A stretch of 57,172 nucleotides of DNA, the filler included, from Diploschistes diacapsis (Eukaryota): the NCBI GenBank assembly GCA_023645945.1. It is 6 parts of 6 records of this genome, joined end to end, with 100 filler letters (N's around TTAATTAATTAA, not from the genome) between each part and the next. Parts side by side here need not be neighbours in the genome. Positions count along the whole stretch, not along the records: positions 38,223 to 47,658 come from JALAIB010001040.1; positions 47,759 to 57,172 come from JALAIB010001041.1; 4 more parts are not named here. The stretch is one strand, 5' to 3'. Shown piece by piece: positions 46,311-57,172 of this stretch (positions within the stretch are counted from its first letter, which is position 1; each line of letters opens with the position of its first letter). A program made the position numbers and the translations under genes. Below the pieces are notes generated by a model. That model was not told the DNA's origin. It saw only the letters and a program-made list of their open reading frames with translations, and ran no database searches.

Positions 46311-47658
46311 ATGTGTCAGTTAAAGACAGCTTTTGGGCAATCCTACCAATCTTATGAAAGGCAGAGGCTAACGATTCTTGTCAATAGTGGCACTCATCCC
46401 TCCAGATGGAAAGCCCAAGAAGACCCCTCCGCCGGCTACAGCCGTCGTGTTGCCCTCCTATGCTCAGGACGGCCCTTCCAGCTTGGCTGTAGACGAGAAT
46501 ATCGGTATCACGGAGCTCCAAAAGCTATTCTACCTCAAGAGGGTCCCCGAGATCAAATCAGAGCATCTGGCTGCCCTCAACCTACATCACCGAAGCAATC
46601 TTCCCCTCGAAGCTCTGTTGCCGTCAGCCTTTCTTCCACCAGCGTCATGGGAGAACGACCCGGCACTCAGCTTGAGTGGACAGAGGTCCCAAACAGATGC
46701 TGCACCATCCTCGCAGACCCTCAGCAATGGCGCCGGAGTCCCCGGGCACGAGGTCTACTACCTTCGCAAGAAGGAACTAGAGCTAGACAGCAAAGATGTC
46801 TATCATACACTTTCAAGAGCGGCGCCTGATCCAGATCGCAAGACCGTGAAAGTCGTCCACTTTCGAAAATTCTGGACCACGCTGCAGCAAGTCGGCAACT
46901 ACTGGGACACGAGCCAGGACGGTGATGCAATTGCTGAATCCACCCAGCTAGATGGACAATCTTCGTCTGCACCCCAAGGCACACTATCCGGCTCAGACAG
47001 CTCCGCGATGGAAATTGACGATTCTCATTCCCAACACCAAACCCCTGCGTCTAGCTCATCAGGTACAGCCCGAGACTCACTCGCGTACGCCTTGGGCGAT
47101 TCAGCAGCAGCACGATCCTCCAACTCCGCCGCCGCCGCCACCGTCGCGTCCTCCTCTGCCCCTGCCTCTACCAACATTGCCCCCATACCCTCTCCCACAA
47201 CATATACCTACACTGGTCGCCGCACCTCCACCGGCTCCTCAATGCCCGCTATCCTGCGCGAGGACTTGCTGACTTCTTTCCTGGATCCCCTAATCTGGCC
47301 CTTTGGCTGTCGCGCCGAGCGCCAGCGTGCTCCGCGACACCTGTATGTCGGAAACATGCGCATAGCGGTCGAGCACGCGGGCTTCGTCTACCGCACACCC
47401 ATGGACAGAGCTAAGAATCGGGCGGGAATGCTCGAGGGTCCGCTGTTCGCGTTCCAGGGCCGGCACGAGACCAAGTTTTCTGGGGCAAACGGCGAGAGCG
47501 GCGACGGCAAGGCGGATAGGTTGGACCTGCTGAGAGAGGTGGCCGCGCTGCTGGTCCTCGCGCAGGAGAGGGCGAGGGAGGGGAAGGAGGAGGAGGTTCC
47601 CGGAAAGGGGAAGTGGTGGGCGGAACAGCGGCGATGGGGCGGGGGCACGGGCGAGGCG
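46311..47658 (+). CDS. Conserved-looking fungal hypothetical protein, 3' end lost at contig end
   Basis: Open frame of over 400 codons with FRKFW...YWDTS, YTGRR...GSSMP, AQERAREGK...GKWW...RWGGG. Acceptor GCTAAC...TAG at 46387; the 4-nt first exon (46311-46314) is tentative. Confidence 0.7.
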
Positions 47659-47758
47659 NNNNNNNNNNNNNNNNNNNNNNNNNNNNNNNNNNNNNNNNNN
47701 NNTTAATTAATTAANNNNNNNNNNNNNNNNNNNNNNNNNNNNNNNNNNNNNNNNNNNN
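47659..47758. other. Artificial contig spacer
   Basis: 44N-TTAATTAATTAA-44N. Confidence 0.98.
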
Positions 47759-48063
47759 AGGAAGGGGAGGGGTGGGGGTCCGGGTACCCGAGCGATGCGA
47801 GGACCGTGGCGTGGCTGAGGCGGAACATGGATCCCGTGTTTGGGTGGGGCGCCGAGTGCAGGTTCAGCTGGGATACGGTCGCGAGGATGCTGGAGAACAG
47901 GGAGTTGGCGCTGCCGGTGGAGTGGCCGGATCCCGAGGCGGAGCAGAGGGGGAAGATGAGGGATTTCTTGATCAGCGCTTCCTCCTCCGCGGGCGGGGAG
48001 AGGGAGGAGGTGGACGAGCTGGCGGATTGGTTTGGTAGGCCGGTTGCGGAGGCTGTGCTTTGA
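47759..48063 (+). CDS. RNH201: RNase H2 catalytic subunit A, 3' part
   Basis: WGSGYPSDARTVAWLRRNMDPVFGWGAECRFSWDT. Confidence 0.88.
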
Positions 48064-48722
48064 GCGGCTTTTGAAAGCATTGTTTTTTCCTGCTACGCCC
48101 GGTACGTTCGGCCATGTGCTATGACAAACGACATACTGATGATCGGTGAATCCTAGACATCATGCTTCCTCTAGTACCCGTACCTGGCACCGGCTTGCAG
48201 TCGTACGATATGCGCGGCGCCGGTTTCCCTTTCAAGCGATGACCTGACGTGCTCTGAATATTGAGCAACACCAAGTTAACGAACTTCGGCATACGGTCCA
48301 AGTCACGAATCCTATTGAGCTACAGTTTAGGCTCCAGAGTTTTTGCGATCCCCTGCGTATCTCGCCCAGAGTTGGGTTAAGGGGTTGCTGGTAAGCAAGT
48401 GTTAAAGATAAGATGATAATTCTACCAGCTATGGGCAGTGCTTGGGGCAATCAAATGAGTTTGAGTATGAGAACTTCGACCTTGCAATACATTACTATAG
48501 AATCGTCTTCTGCTTTGCATCCATAGCATGTTTTATCACCACTGATCGTCCCCGAGCTCTTCTGCTTTTCCTTATTCTCCTCACAGCAACGGTTCTAAGC
48601 CTGCGTTTGAAACAATATGTTTCTGATTGTTATGAAATTGTTATGAATGGCCAGGTAACGTCGCCAAACGCACTCGTTAATATCATGTACGTAACAGGGC
48701 ACTGGCCGAGATGCAATCTATC

Positions 48723-48769
48723 CTTCTTCTTCTTCTTCTTCTTCTTCTTCTTCTTCTTCTTCTTCTTCT
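48723..48769. repeat. (CTT)n microsatellite
   Basis: Direct reading. Confidence 0.95.
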
Positions 48770-49396
48770 GACCACGGGGCACCTTTGAACCCATCAACCA
48801 AGTTCCTGTTCTTGGATTCATGATTTGGGTCAAATTCTGGTTTATACTACCAGCCCCTTAAGAAGACTATGCCTGCCGTCGCTGATGACCCTGTTGCTGC
48901 CATCGTCCCCGCCACTGTTGTGTTACCACTGCTGCTTCTGGCGCGCCTTTTGCAATTTCCTTGTCTTTTTGCCTACCTAGCTCATAATCTAGGCATGCAT
49001 GCTCAGCTCCGTACCTGGAATAGAATGCATTGGGAATAGTTGTTTTGAACGATTGACATCGAAATGAGGATACTCCGGCCAACACTGATGCAGCGGCTGC
49101 CACTGATGACTCGTTTACGCAGCTTTCTTGGCTTTTTCCTTTGGCGCCGGCTGGTTCTATCCGCTCCGGCCCCTAATTTCGTATAAACTGGCTGTCGAGT
49201 AGCGCAAAGCCCTGGAAACGGTACTGTGTGTGCGACATCCAAGCTTTCCTACTCACGATGCAAGAGATGGAGACTAGAGGCTTCGAATAGGCGGAGCGGA
49301 GAACCATCTTGTCATTCAAGCGTTGGTGAAGATGATTGTCTGATTGGAGGAGTCAATTTCCATGGATTCTACAATGTTGACGCAGAATAGAGATCG

Positions 49397-51839
49397 TCAT
49401 GGATCCAGAGCGGAGTTACGGAGTGAGGGTCCGGTGGTATGCGGTACAGCTTTATACTAGATATCAATCAACATCGTCTGAACACAAGGAGAGAAGCTAT
49501 AAGCCTTACCCGCAAGCCAAAATTTAAACAGAGCGCCACAACTAGCGATATACAGACGAGAGAAGGCCCAAGGATGCTATCGAGGTCCTCACCACTGCGA
49601 CGCTTGATGATTCGACTGCGTGACACAAACATATACCAACCCCACATTCCAGCGAAGATGGCTATGATAGTGTAGACGATAGCTAGTGATCGAGCAACAG
49701 TGTTATCTGCTCCAGCACCATTGTACAGGCTTATAGAAAGACCAGAGAGCAGAATCGCAACATGGCACCATTTTATGAATGTCCTGAAGAGCCAAAATAA
49801 GCAGCGCATCTCCACGCGGGAGCGAGTTCCCACCTTTGGTTGGCTAGCCACACTTTGGGCTCTACCTTGACTGGCCCGATACCTTTGAGGAAATAATCCG
49901 GTTCCTTCACGCCAGGAGGTAATTGTATCCGTCCTCTTTTCGCTTGAGCGTACTTCGAGGGCGAGAATGATGGGATAAGGTTACGCAGACGGGGGCCGTC
50001 GGGTGTGCTTTTGCCATTATGGGTGTCTCGTTTGCCTGTGTTTTGGCTCTGAAATTGTGGCCTCAATCGTGCTCTTGACGAACGCGCCTCAAGGTTCTGA
50101 TTACCGAGATCCTTGAGTCCAGTAGACTTCTGCGCCGGCGAGCTTCTAATCGGCGAGCTGACCGCTGCCCTGAAAGGGGACATCGATCTGGAGCCAACGA
50201 AGCTTCCAATGGCCATCTCATCTTCGGCTTGCTTGGCTTTCCTGTCTTGCTCTTCTTCGAAGGCTTGTTCAGGATCTCTCCGAATGTCGGTTTCCATTAG
50301 ACTTGTCCAAAAAGGAAAAGAATTGATGTGGTCTTCGAACAAGGACGCAACGCCGTGCACAAATTTGGAGAAATTTGGAGCTTCACGGACTAGATGTGAA
50401 GACATGAGGTCATCAACCCACTCAGGGTTTTTCCGTTTCAGACCTTCCCTGACTTTGATCTCCAGCAAAGCGTAGGGGAACCTTGACACTTCCCCTTTCC
50501 GAATTCCAGAGAATGGATACTCCTCGCCCGAGTTATCAATATCTGTACGGTGCCACTGCTCAGGATCACGGCAAGGTCGGTCGCCATCCAAGCAATCCTC
50601 TCTGATGAATGCCATGTTAGTGTCCAAAGATATCCTGACTTTGTCCTCTCCAGGAATCTGAAATGCTGTTCGAGTATAGGTTGCACGCAGCATAGGTTCA
50701 AGCTCGCTCTGACGAACGAATTCCTGGATATCATACACGCTCTTCCTGAACTGCTGAACTTCCTCGGAGTCTTCACCATTCTTCTTCCGCATCTTCTGTA
50801 TCTGCTTTTCCATTTTGTACTCGCCTTTGATGAATGGTATAACGTATTTGTCCTTGATACTGAACCTCACTTCTTCGCTATCAGCAGCCTCGGTTAATGT
50901 TTTCTTCTCCATCACCAGCTCCGGCTGATCTTTCAGCTGTCCGAACCATCGTAGTCGAAGTGATGATGCACCGCTGCCTTTCTCGAGCTTTCCGGAGTAT
51001 AGGGAAAACGCACGGTTATCAAGATACAATGAGGTAATGGTAGGGTCTTGTTGACTACCTTCGGCCACTTTCATGCTCTGCGGGGTGTAGACCAAGAGGG
51101 GCAGATGGCGAAGGATCGACGTCTTGACCTCGAGAAGATTCTCGGGATGGACAAAGACTAGGGGGCTATCAACACAGCAAAGAAAAAAGTGAGAATTTGC
51201 CTTACATTTATGAGAAGTAGACGTGCCAGGTCTGCTAAGAGCTTCTATACTAGAGATTGCCCTCTCGGAATTTCCGATCATATTCTCCCTAACGAAAGAA
51301 TACATGGCCGACAAGCGGTAGATGAGGGGGGAGTAATCCTCCGAATTGAAGGGCAGGGATGCCAATCGAACTTGCAACAGCGGCCGCACCTTGTAATTGG
51401 CACCTCGCCTTCGATCGTGCTTTTTCGCCGCTTTGAGGGTGCCGGTGAAGTTTATGCGGCTGTACTTTTCAAGTCGCGTGATATCTTCTCTAATGCTGTC
51501 TAGGTCCCCGTGAATCTCATCAAAGAACTCGCCCTTCTTTTCCTTATCCATCTCTTCCGTTCCCTGGTAGGAAACATAGCGCTCCAGCTTCGCTTCACAC
51601 TGGCTAGTCCTATCTCTCAGCGCTTGGTGAGTCTCGATTTGAAAAGCGTTTATCTTTTCAAGTTGTACGTTCACCAGTTCATCGACGAAGCGCTGCTCAT
51701 CGTCATCGGTCCAAGGACGATCCTGATCACCACCAACAAGGTCATCTTCGCGCAGTAAAATTTTGAGCTTCTCGTAATTAATATAATGCTCCCTCCAGGG
51801 CTCATAAATGGACTGCTGGAGACTTCGACCAAACTTCAT
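49397..51839 (-). CDS. VTC complex subunit, Vtc2/Vtc3-like (SPX + VTC + three TM helices)
   Basis: Introns 51205-51158, 49833-49784, 49509-49457. MKFGRSL...YINYEKLK (SPX), FFVHPENLLEVKTSILRHLP, LRLRWFG, KVEPKVWLANQRTFIKW. Confidence 0.92.
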
Positions 51840-53089
51840 TGTAGCTCGCAAGGCTTTGCGATAAGCATAGGACCTTAGCAATGATGGTATATAGCCTACT
51901 AGGCTCTGTAATTGGGCATCTATCCTCTTTTCGAAAGGAAAGGAAAGGAAAGGAAAGGAAAATTACCCAAAGCTTGGGAGCTAGCTCTACAGCTTCCAGC
52001 CGTGTCCAACTGTTAGTACGCACCACTCGGTCCCTGTGGGGATAGAGGGCAAAAGCAAGGATTAAAGCGCTAAACAAGGTCGGGCACGCTAACAGTTGGA
52101 CATGGCTGGAGGCTGCAGAGCACTCTCCTCTTATAATTCCTTTCTTCCTTCCACGCGAAAACCCTTACTGTTTTGAAGATCACTTCTCGGTATACCTCCG
52201 AGAAAACGGGCCGCTAATTGCCGTGAGTATGGGGGGAACTTCCCAATTAGTCCAGGGACTACTATTCAAGAAACATTCTACTTCCTCTGATCCGTGAGCT
52301 TGTCCCCCGTTTTACGCCTCTGATTTTGGGCCACGGGGCTGGCCTTTTCAAAGCGTAGTATAAACGAGCCCACCCGGTCAGCTTGTGCCCTTCGTCCGGG
52401 TTGGCTTGCAGTCCTCGGTAGTAGGCACATGCATTATCCTATCTAAATGGAAAAAAACTAACAATTTTCTGAACACGCTCCATCTGATCCAGGTAGGCTT
52501 ATCAGACTGACTTAGAGATATAGGGGTCGAAGCAGCTTGATCTCACCGCGATTGTAGCATCCTGCGCCGCGTTTTCGTATCAGCAGAGGCGAGGCGGCTA
52601 TACCACGCACACACGGACGATCGGGTACGTAACCCCAAAGTGGACAAGTCCCATACGGACAATTCCACTGCTTCTCCATACCTGCATATCTCCATCTTTT
52701 TTCGATCACGAATCTGTACTGCATCAGCTATTCAGTCCTGGCCTGGCACATCCCCTACGAAGCACCGTCATCGTTGACGCTTGCCCCTTCTGCTTTTCCC
52801 ATGTCATGTCCATTCGTCCAGCAGTGTGCGGTGCACTTCCTTACATGTGTTGTCGGATAGCACCGTGGACGAAGCTCCGCTTGTGTTACCCATATATTGG
52901 CAGACAGCCCTTGCAATGATACAAGACTGCTTGGGTTTCAGTCCCGAGTCTTTGTATCCATTTTCACTTCCTACCAGATGCCGTCTTATTGCTTGCATGA
53001 TTGCCATTATTTCTATCGTACAGCTTTGCGGCTCTTGTCTATATCGACAGCCATTTCTCCTCTCTATGCATGACTAACGCACCTCCACC

Positions 53090-55924
53090 ATGGTAGTCAA
53101 GGCATTTAGCAAGCTCCCCTCCATAGACGAGGCGCTTGCAAACGCGAAGCCTCGAAAGGAGGCGCAGAAGATGAACGGTAACACGACGTTGCCTAAGCCG
53201 AAGGAGATATCGTCGGCCAGTACCTTCTCGTACCAGGACGAGCTTCCAAGACTGCCGATACCTTCCCTCGAAAGCACCTGCAAGAAGTACTTGAGCTCCC
53301 TAAAACCCTTGCAGACGCATCGAGAACATCTCGATTCCCAAGCGGCAGTTCAGTCCTTCCTGGAAGGCGAAGGGCATGAACTCAATGAAAGGCTTAAAAA
53401 GTACGAGAAAGGAAAGACAAGCTATATCGAACAATTCTGTAAGTGATTATGGACTCTCGGGGCAACTCGATCTGATGGTCACGGTAGGGTACGATTCCTA
53501 CCTGAACTATGACAACCCCGTAGTCTTGAACCTGAATCCCTTCTTTCTGCTCGAAGATGACCCTACGCCAGCTCGCAACAACCAAGTCACGCGAGCGGCA
53601 TCTCTGATAATCTCTGCCTTGTCATTTGTTCGAGCTGTACGGAAAGAGGAGCTTTCGATCGACAATGTCAAAGGTACTCCGTTGTGCATGTACCAGTACT
53701 CGCGGCTCTTTGGCACTGTACGAGTCCCAACAGAGAACGGTTGCCATATCGGTCAGGATGAAAGCTCGAAACACCTTGTAGTCATGTGCAGAGGTCAATT
53801 CTATTGGTTCGACGTTCTCGATGATAACAATGATATAATCATGACCGAAAAAGACATGGCACTCAACCTCCAAGTGATCGTTGACGACGCCCAAGACACG
53901 CCGCTTCAAGAAGCAGCCAAGGGTGCGCTGGGTGTGTTGACCACCGAAAATCGCAAGGTTTGGGCAGGGCTTCGAGACGTCCTCACCAGGGATGAAGGCT
54001 CGAACAATGCCGAATGCCTTGGCACCGTTGACTCAGCCCTGTTCATCGTGTGTCTCGATTACACCGAGCCAGTGACTGGCGCTGATCTCTGTGGTAATAT
54101 GTTGTGTGGCTCAAGCGAAGTCGTCAAGGGCGTCCAGATCGGAACCTGCACGAACAGGTGGTACGACAAGCTTCAGATCATCATCTGCAAGAACGGCAGT
54201 GCAGGAATCAACTTCGAGCATACCGGAGTCGATGGGCATACTGTACTGCGGTTCGCCAGCGATATCTACACAGACACCATCTTGCGCTTCGCTAAGAGCA
54301 TCAATGGGCAATCACCGTCATTATGGAAATCAACAAGTCCTGATCCATCGAAGCGAGACCCGGAAAGCTTCGGAAACGTTAGCACTACTCCTCACAAGCT
54401 CGAGTGGGACATGATTCCGGAGCTCAGCACCGCACTTCGATTCGCCGAGACGAGGCTGGCAGATCTTATCCAGCAGAACGAATTCCAGACGCTGGAGTTT
54501 GGCGCGTACGGAAAGAATTTTATCGTCTCGATGGGATTCTCGCCGGATGCTTTCGTCCAAATGGCCTACCAAGCCGCTTACTTTGGCCTCTATGGGCGAG
54601 TCGAGTGTACGTACGAGCCCGCTATGACCAAGATGTTCTTGCACGGGCGGACCGAAGCGATACGTTCCGTGACCATGGAGTCGGTCGAGTTCGTGAAATC
54701 GTTCTGGGGAGATAACCCAGCCCAACAGAAGATCGATGCTCTGCAGAAAGCCACACAAAAACACACGGCCGTTACGAAAGAGTGCTCGAAAGCCCAAGGA
54801 CAAGACAGACACCTCTATGCCCTCTTCTGCGTTTGGCAGCGTGCTTTGGATGAGGAAGGTGCCGAAATGGCAAGTAGTGGAGGTACGAGCGACGAAATGT
54901 CGGAGACGGACGGTCAGATAGGCTCTTCCCCTGGTGCACTGAATCGGCGATCCATGTCACCCAACGCTGAGCACAATGGTCCATTTATGGCTCGGATGCC
55001 TGCCATTTTCAGTGATGGTGGCTGGGACAAGATCAACAATACTATTCTCTCGACTTCCAACTGCGGAAACCCTTCGCTACGTCAGTTTGGTTTCGGTCCT
55101 ACTTCCGGGGATGGCTTCGGCATTGGCTACATTATCAAAGACGACTCAATTTCCATCTGTGCATCCTCGAAGCATCGCCAGACAAAACGTTTCATCGACT
55201 CCATCGAATCCTACCTCCTTGAAATCCGCAAATTGCTCCGCGCCACTCGCCAACGAACCTCCGAGCACAAAGCCAGTCGCGCCCGCGAAGCTGAGAACAA
55301 GCCTAGCATGACAGGCTCACGCTCCAAAACGCAAGGGAAGATCATCCACACCGTTGGGGCCAAGAGTCCCGATACTATCGAGAGCAAGGCAGAGAGCGAC
55401 GACGAAGGTCTTGGCGGATGTAGGCTCCCCCTTCGCTTCCCTCCTCTTGATGCTGGATTGAATACTTTTGCGGGCTTACCCTCGCCTCCGCAAACCCCAC
55501 CTTTGCTGAAGGCAGCGATTGAGGCGTCCCGCCCTGTGCTGTTTCCCAGGGCTCTGAAGAAGTCGCTGTCCAGCGGGGCAAGGGCACTGCACTGAGTGAT
55601 TCCCCAACATTACCAATCATGGTAGCGTTGCGTCACGTTTCTTGTAGCTAGTAGCCCGCACAGCGGCATTGCGTGCATAGTCATACATGTACCCCTTCCC
55701 CTACAACTAGCATTTTGCATACGCGTTTGCATTTTTCTTTTCCTCTCTCAGAACACATGGCTGATGACTTACTTTTGCGTCTTCTTGCAGATGGTTTCTT
55801 CGACGCTGGTATGTTGTTGCAAGCCTTGAAGGCGAACAGCAAGACAAAGGAGGACGCAGTCGAAAACGTGCTTGGACATTCGAGGAAGATGGTTGGAAAG
55901 AAGTTGAGGTTGAGCGAGTATTAG
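53090..55924 (+). CDS. Carnitine O-acetyltransferase (FacC/Yat1 type)
   Basis: LPRLPIPSLESTCKKYL, NRWYDK, FEHTGVDGH, SPDAFVQMAYQ, HGRTEAIR. Introns 53439-53487 and 55420-55790; ends GYGFFDAG...KKLRLSEY*. The 5' end is uncertain (possible acceptor at 53096). Confidence 0.93.
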
Positions 55925-56371
55925 GGCTTTATGAGGATGGGCATGCCAATTAGAATGGGGGCTGGCACAATGGTTGAAGGCGTATTTGAGGCTTCCGTTG
56001 CTGCGACTGGTCCTACCTAGTAGTAACTTTACAAATCACTACGACGCATTAAGATGGTGTACCTGTAAGTAGCTGTGATAAGGAATTCATGAAGTCAGGC
56101 AGGGGAAGTGGATCGAAACCGTGTCTGCCTTAGAATACAGATATAGAATTTGACACATATTTACAAAGTTACGAATAGAGTCTATATATTTTCTCAGGGG
56201 CATATCTGGCTGTCTTGAGCCATTGCTGGAGGCAACCTCAACCACGCACTGGCTTTCAAATTCTTCGCCAAGGGCCGAACATTTGCCTGACCAAGATTTT
56301 CCAACTACAACTTCTCTTCTCCATGAAATAGACATCAAGGGCCCAGGTAACAAAAGCTGTCTGCAAAGGTT

Positions 56372-57172
56372 ATGTTCAAAAGCAAAGATTCGGAGAAATT
56401 CTTTCAGACCAAGTCAGCCTTGCTCTACGTGATAACTTAACTTACTGATATTACACAGCGATTCTATCCAGGAACAGGAGAGAAGAGCTGCCAAGTCAAA
56501 AAACAAGAATGGGCAGCCCATCAAATTGCCATCCAAGGTTCTCGCCATCATCGCGGATCCGTCTTCGAAGGACAGAATTTACACGGCGGAATCGTCCGGT
56601 GTAGCTAGAAGGGTTGACCTTGTCGTATGTTTTGCCTCTTTGCACCTTATCAAATGCGATTAATGTCCCCTTCGCCGCTGTGGTTGGACCACATCTCACG
56701 TCACGAATATATGTCGCTTCTGTTTTTCCTGCTACTATCCGCTCCTACCTCCAACCTTCACGCCTCTACCACACACCTGGCTGACCTCCACTTAGGCCGG
56801 CAACACCCGCCACACTTTCCCCGGCCCCTCCGTCCCTTTAACCTGCCTCGCGCTTTCCGTCCCCACGAGCCCTAACACAGATCCCGTCCTCTACGCCGGC
56901 TGCTGGGACCGTACCATCTGGTCCTGGGACACCGAGACACGCATCCGCGGACGGAGCTTCACAAACGGCCACCGCGACTTCGTAAAGTGCATCCTCTGGG
57001 CCTCCATCCCCACCGGCGCCTCCACGTCCACGCTCAGCCTCCTCATCTCCGGCTCCGCCGACACAACGATAATAATCTGGGACGCCAACACCGCCGCAAA
57101 ACTGCACACGCTCCAAGGCCACAGCATGGGCCTCCTCTCCCTCGCCCTCGATCCCGCCTCCCTCTACCCCCC
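56372..57172 (+). CDS. WD40-repeat protein, 5' part
   Basis: Exons 56372-56412, 56459-56624, 56796-end: KFFQT...KSKNKNGQPIKLPSK...LYAGCWDRTIWSWD...GHRDFVKC...ISGSADTTIIIWD...LQGHS. Confidence 0.85.

Noticed and set aside
51158..51205. Apparent 16-aa insertion in the Vtc ORF
   Set aside because: It is a 48-nt in-frame GT-AG intron; removing it restores HKFFVHPEN.
12446..51839. Phosphate-regulon cluster (Pho80-like cyclin with Vtc2/3)
   Set aside because: The genes are on different contigs separated by artificial spacers.
1..57172. tRNA, rRNA or intronic snoRNA genes
   Set aside because: No convincing cloverleaf, rRNA segment or paired C/D boxes seen by eye; tRNAscan-SE and Infernal would be needed to exclude them.

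Overview
Eukaryotic DNA from a filamentous ascomycete (Pezizomycotina-type genes, short GT-AG introns, RIP-like transposon decay). The window is not one locus. It is six contigs of 9467, 9464, 9451, 9440, 9436 and 9414 bp, in decreasing size, joined by identical 100-nt spacers (44N-TTAATTAATTAA-44N), so gene order across spacers carries no meaning. Recognisable genes: SLC35F6-like transporter, ankyrin protein, Med15/Gal11, Ypt1/Rab1, Pho80-like cyclin, a coiled-coil protein, Rad57 (partial), Mrl1, Trm6, Arc18, MINDY deubiquitinase, Etr1 (partial), a C2H2 protein, a BRCT protein, RNase H2A (partial), Vtc2/3, a carnitine acetyltransferase and a WD40 protein (partial). There are also Tc1/mariner remnants and two disrupted genes. 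The strongest finding is a nested spliceosomal twin intron (stwintron, [D3,4] geometry) in ypt1: removing a 58-nt inner intron rebuilds the GTGAGT donor of the outer intron and yields MNPEYDY. Also notable are a secreted two-module protein with RR cleavage sites, built from tandemly duplicated exon/phase-2-intron units, and a decayed gene joining a fungal STAND-type N-terminal domain to an isolated ClpB/Hsp104 middle-domain-like segment. All family calls come from motif recognition by eye; no database search was run.
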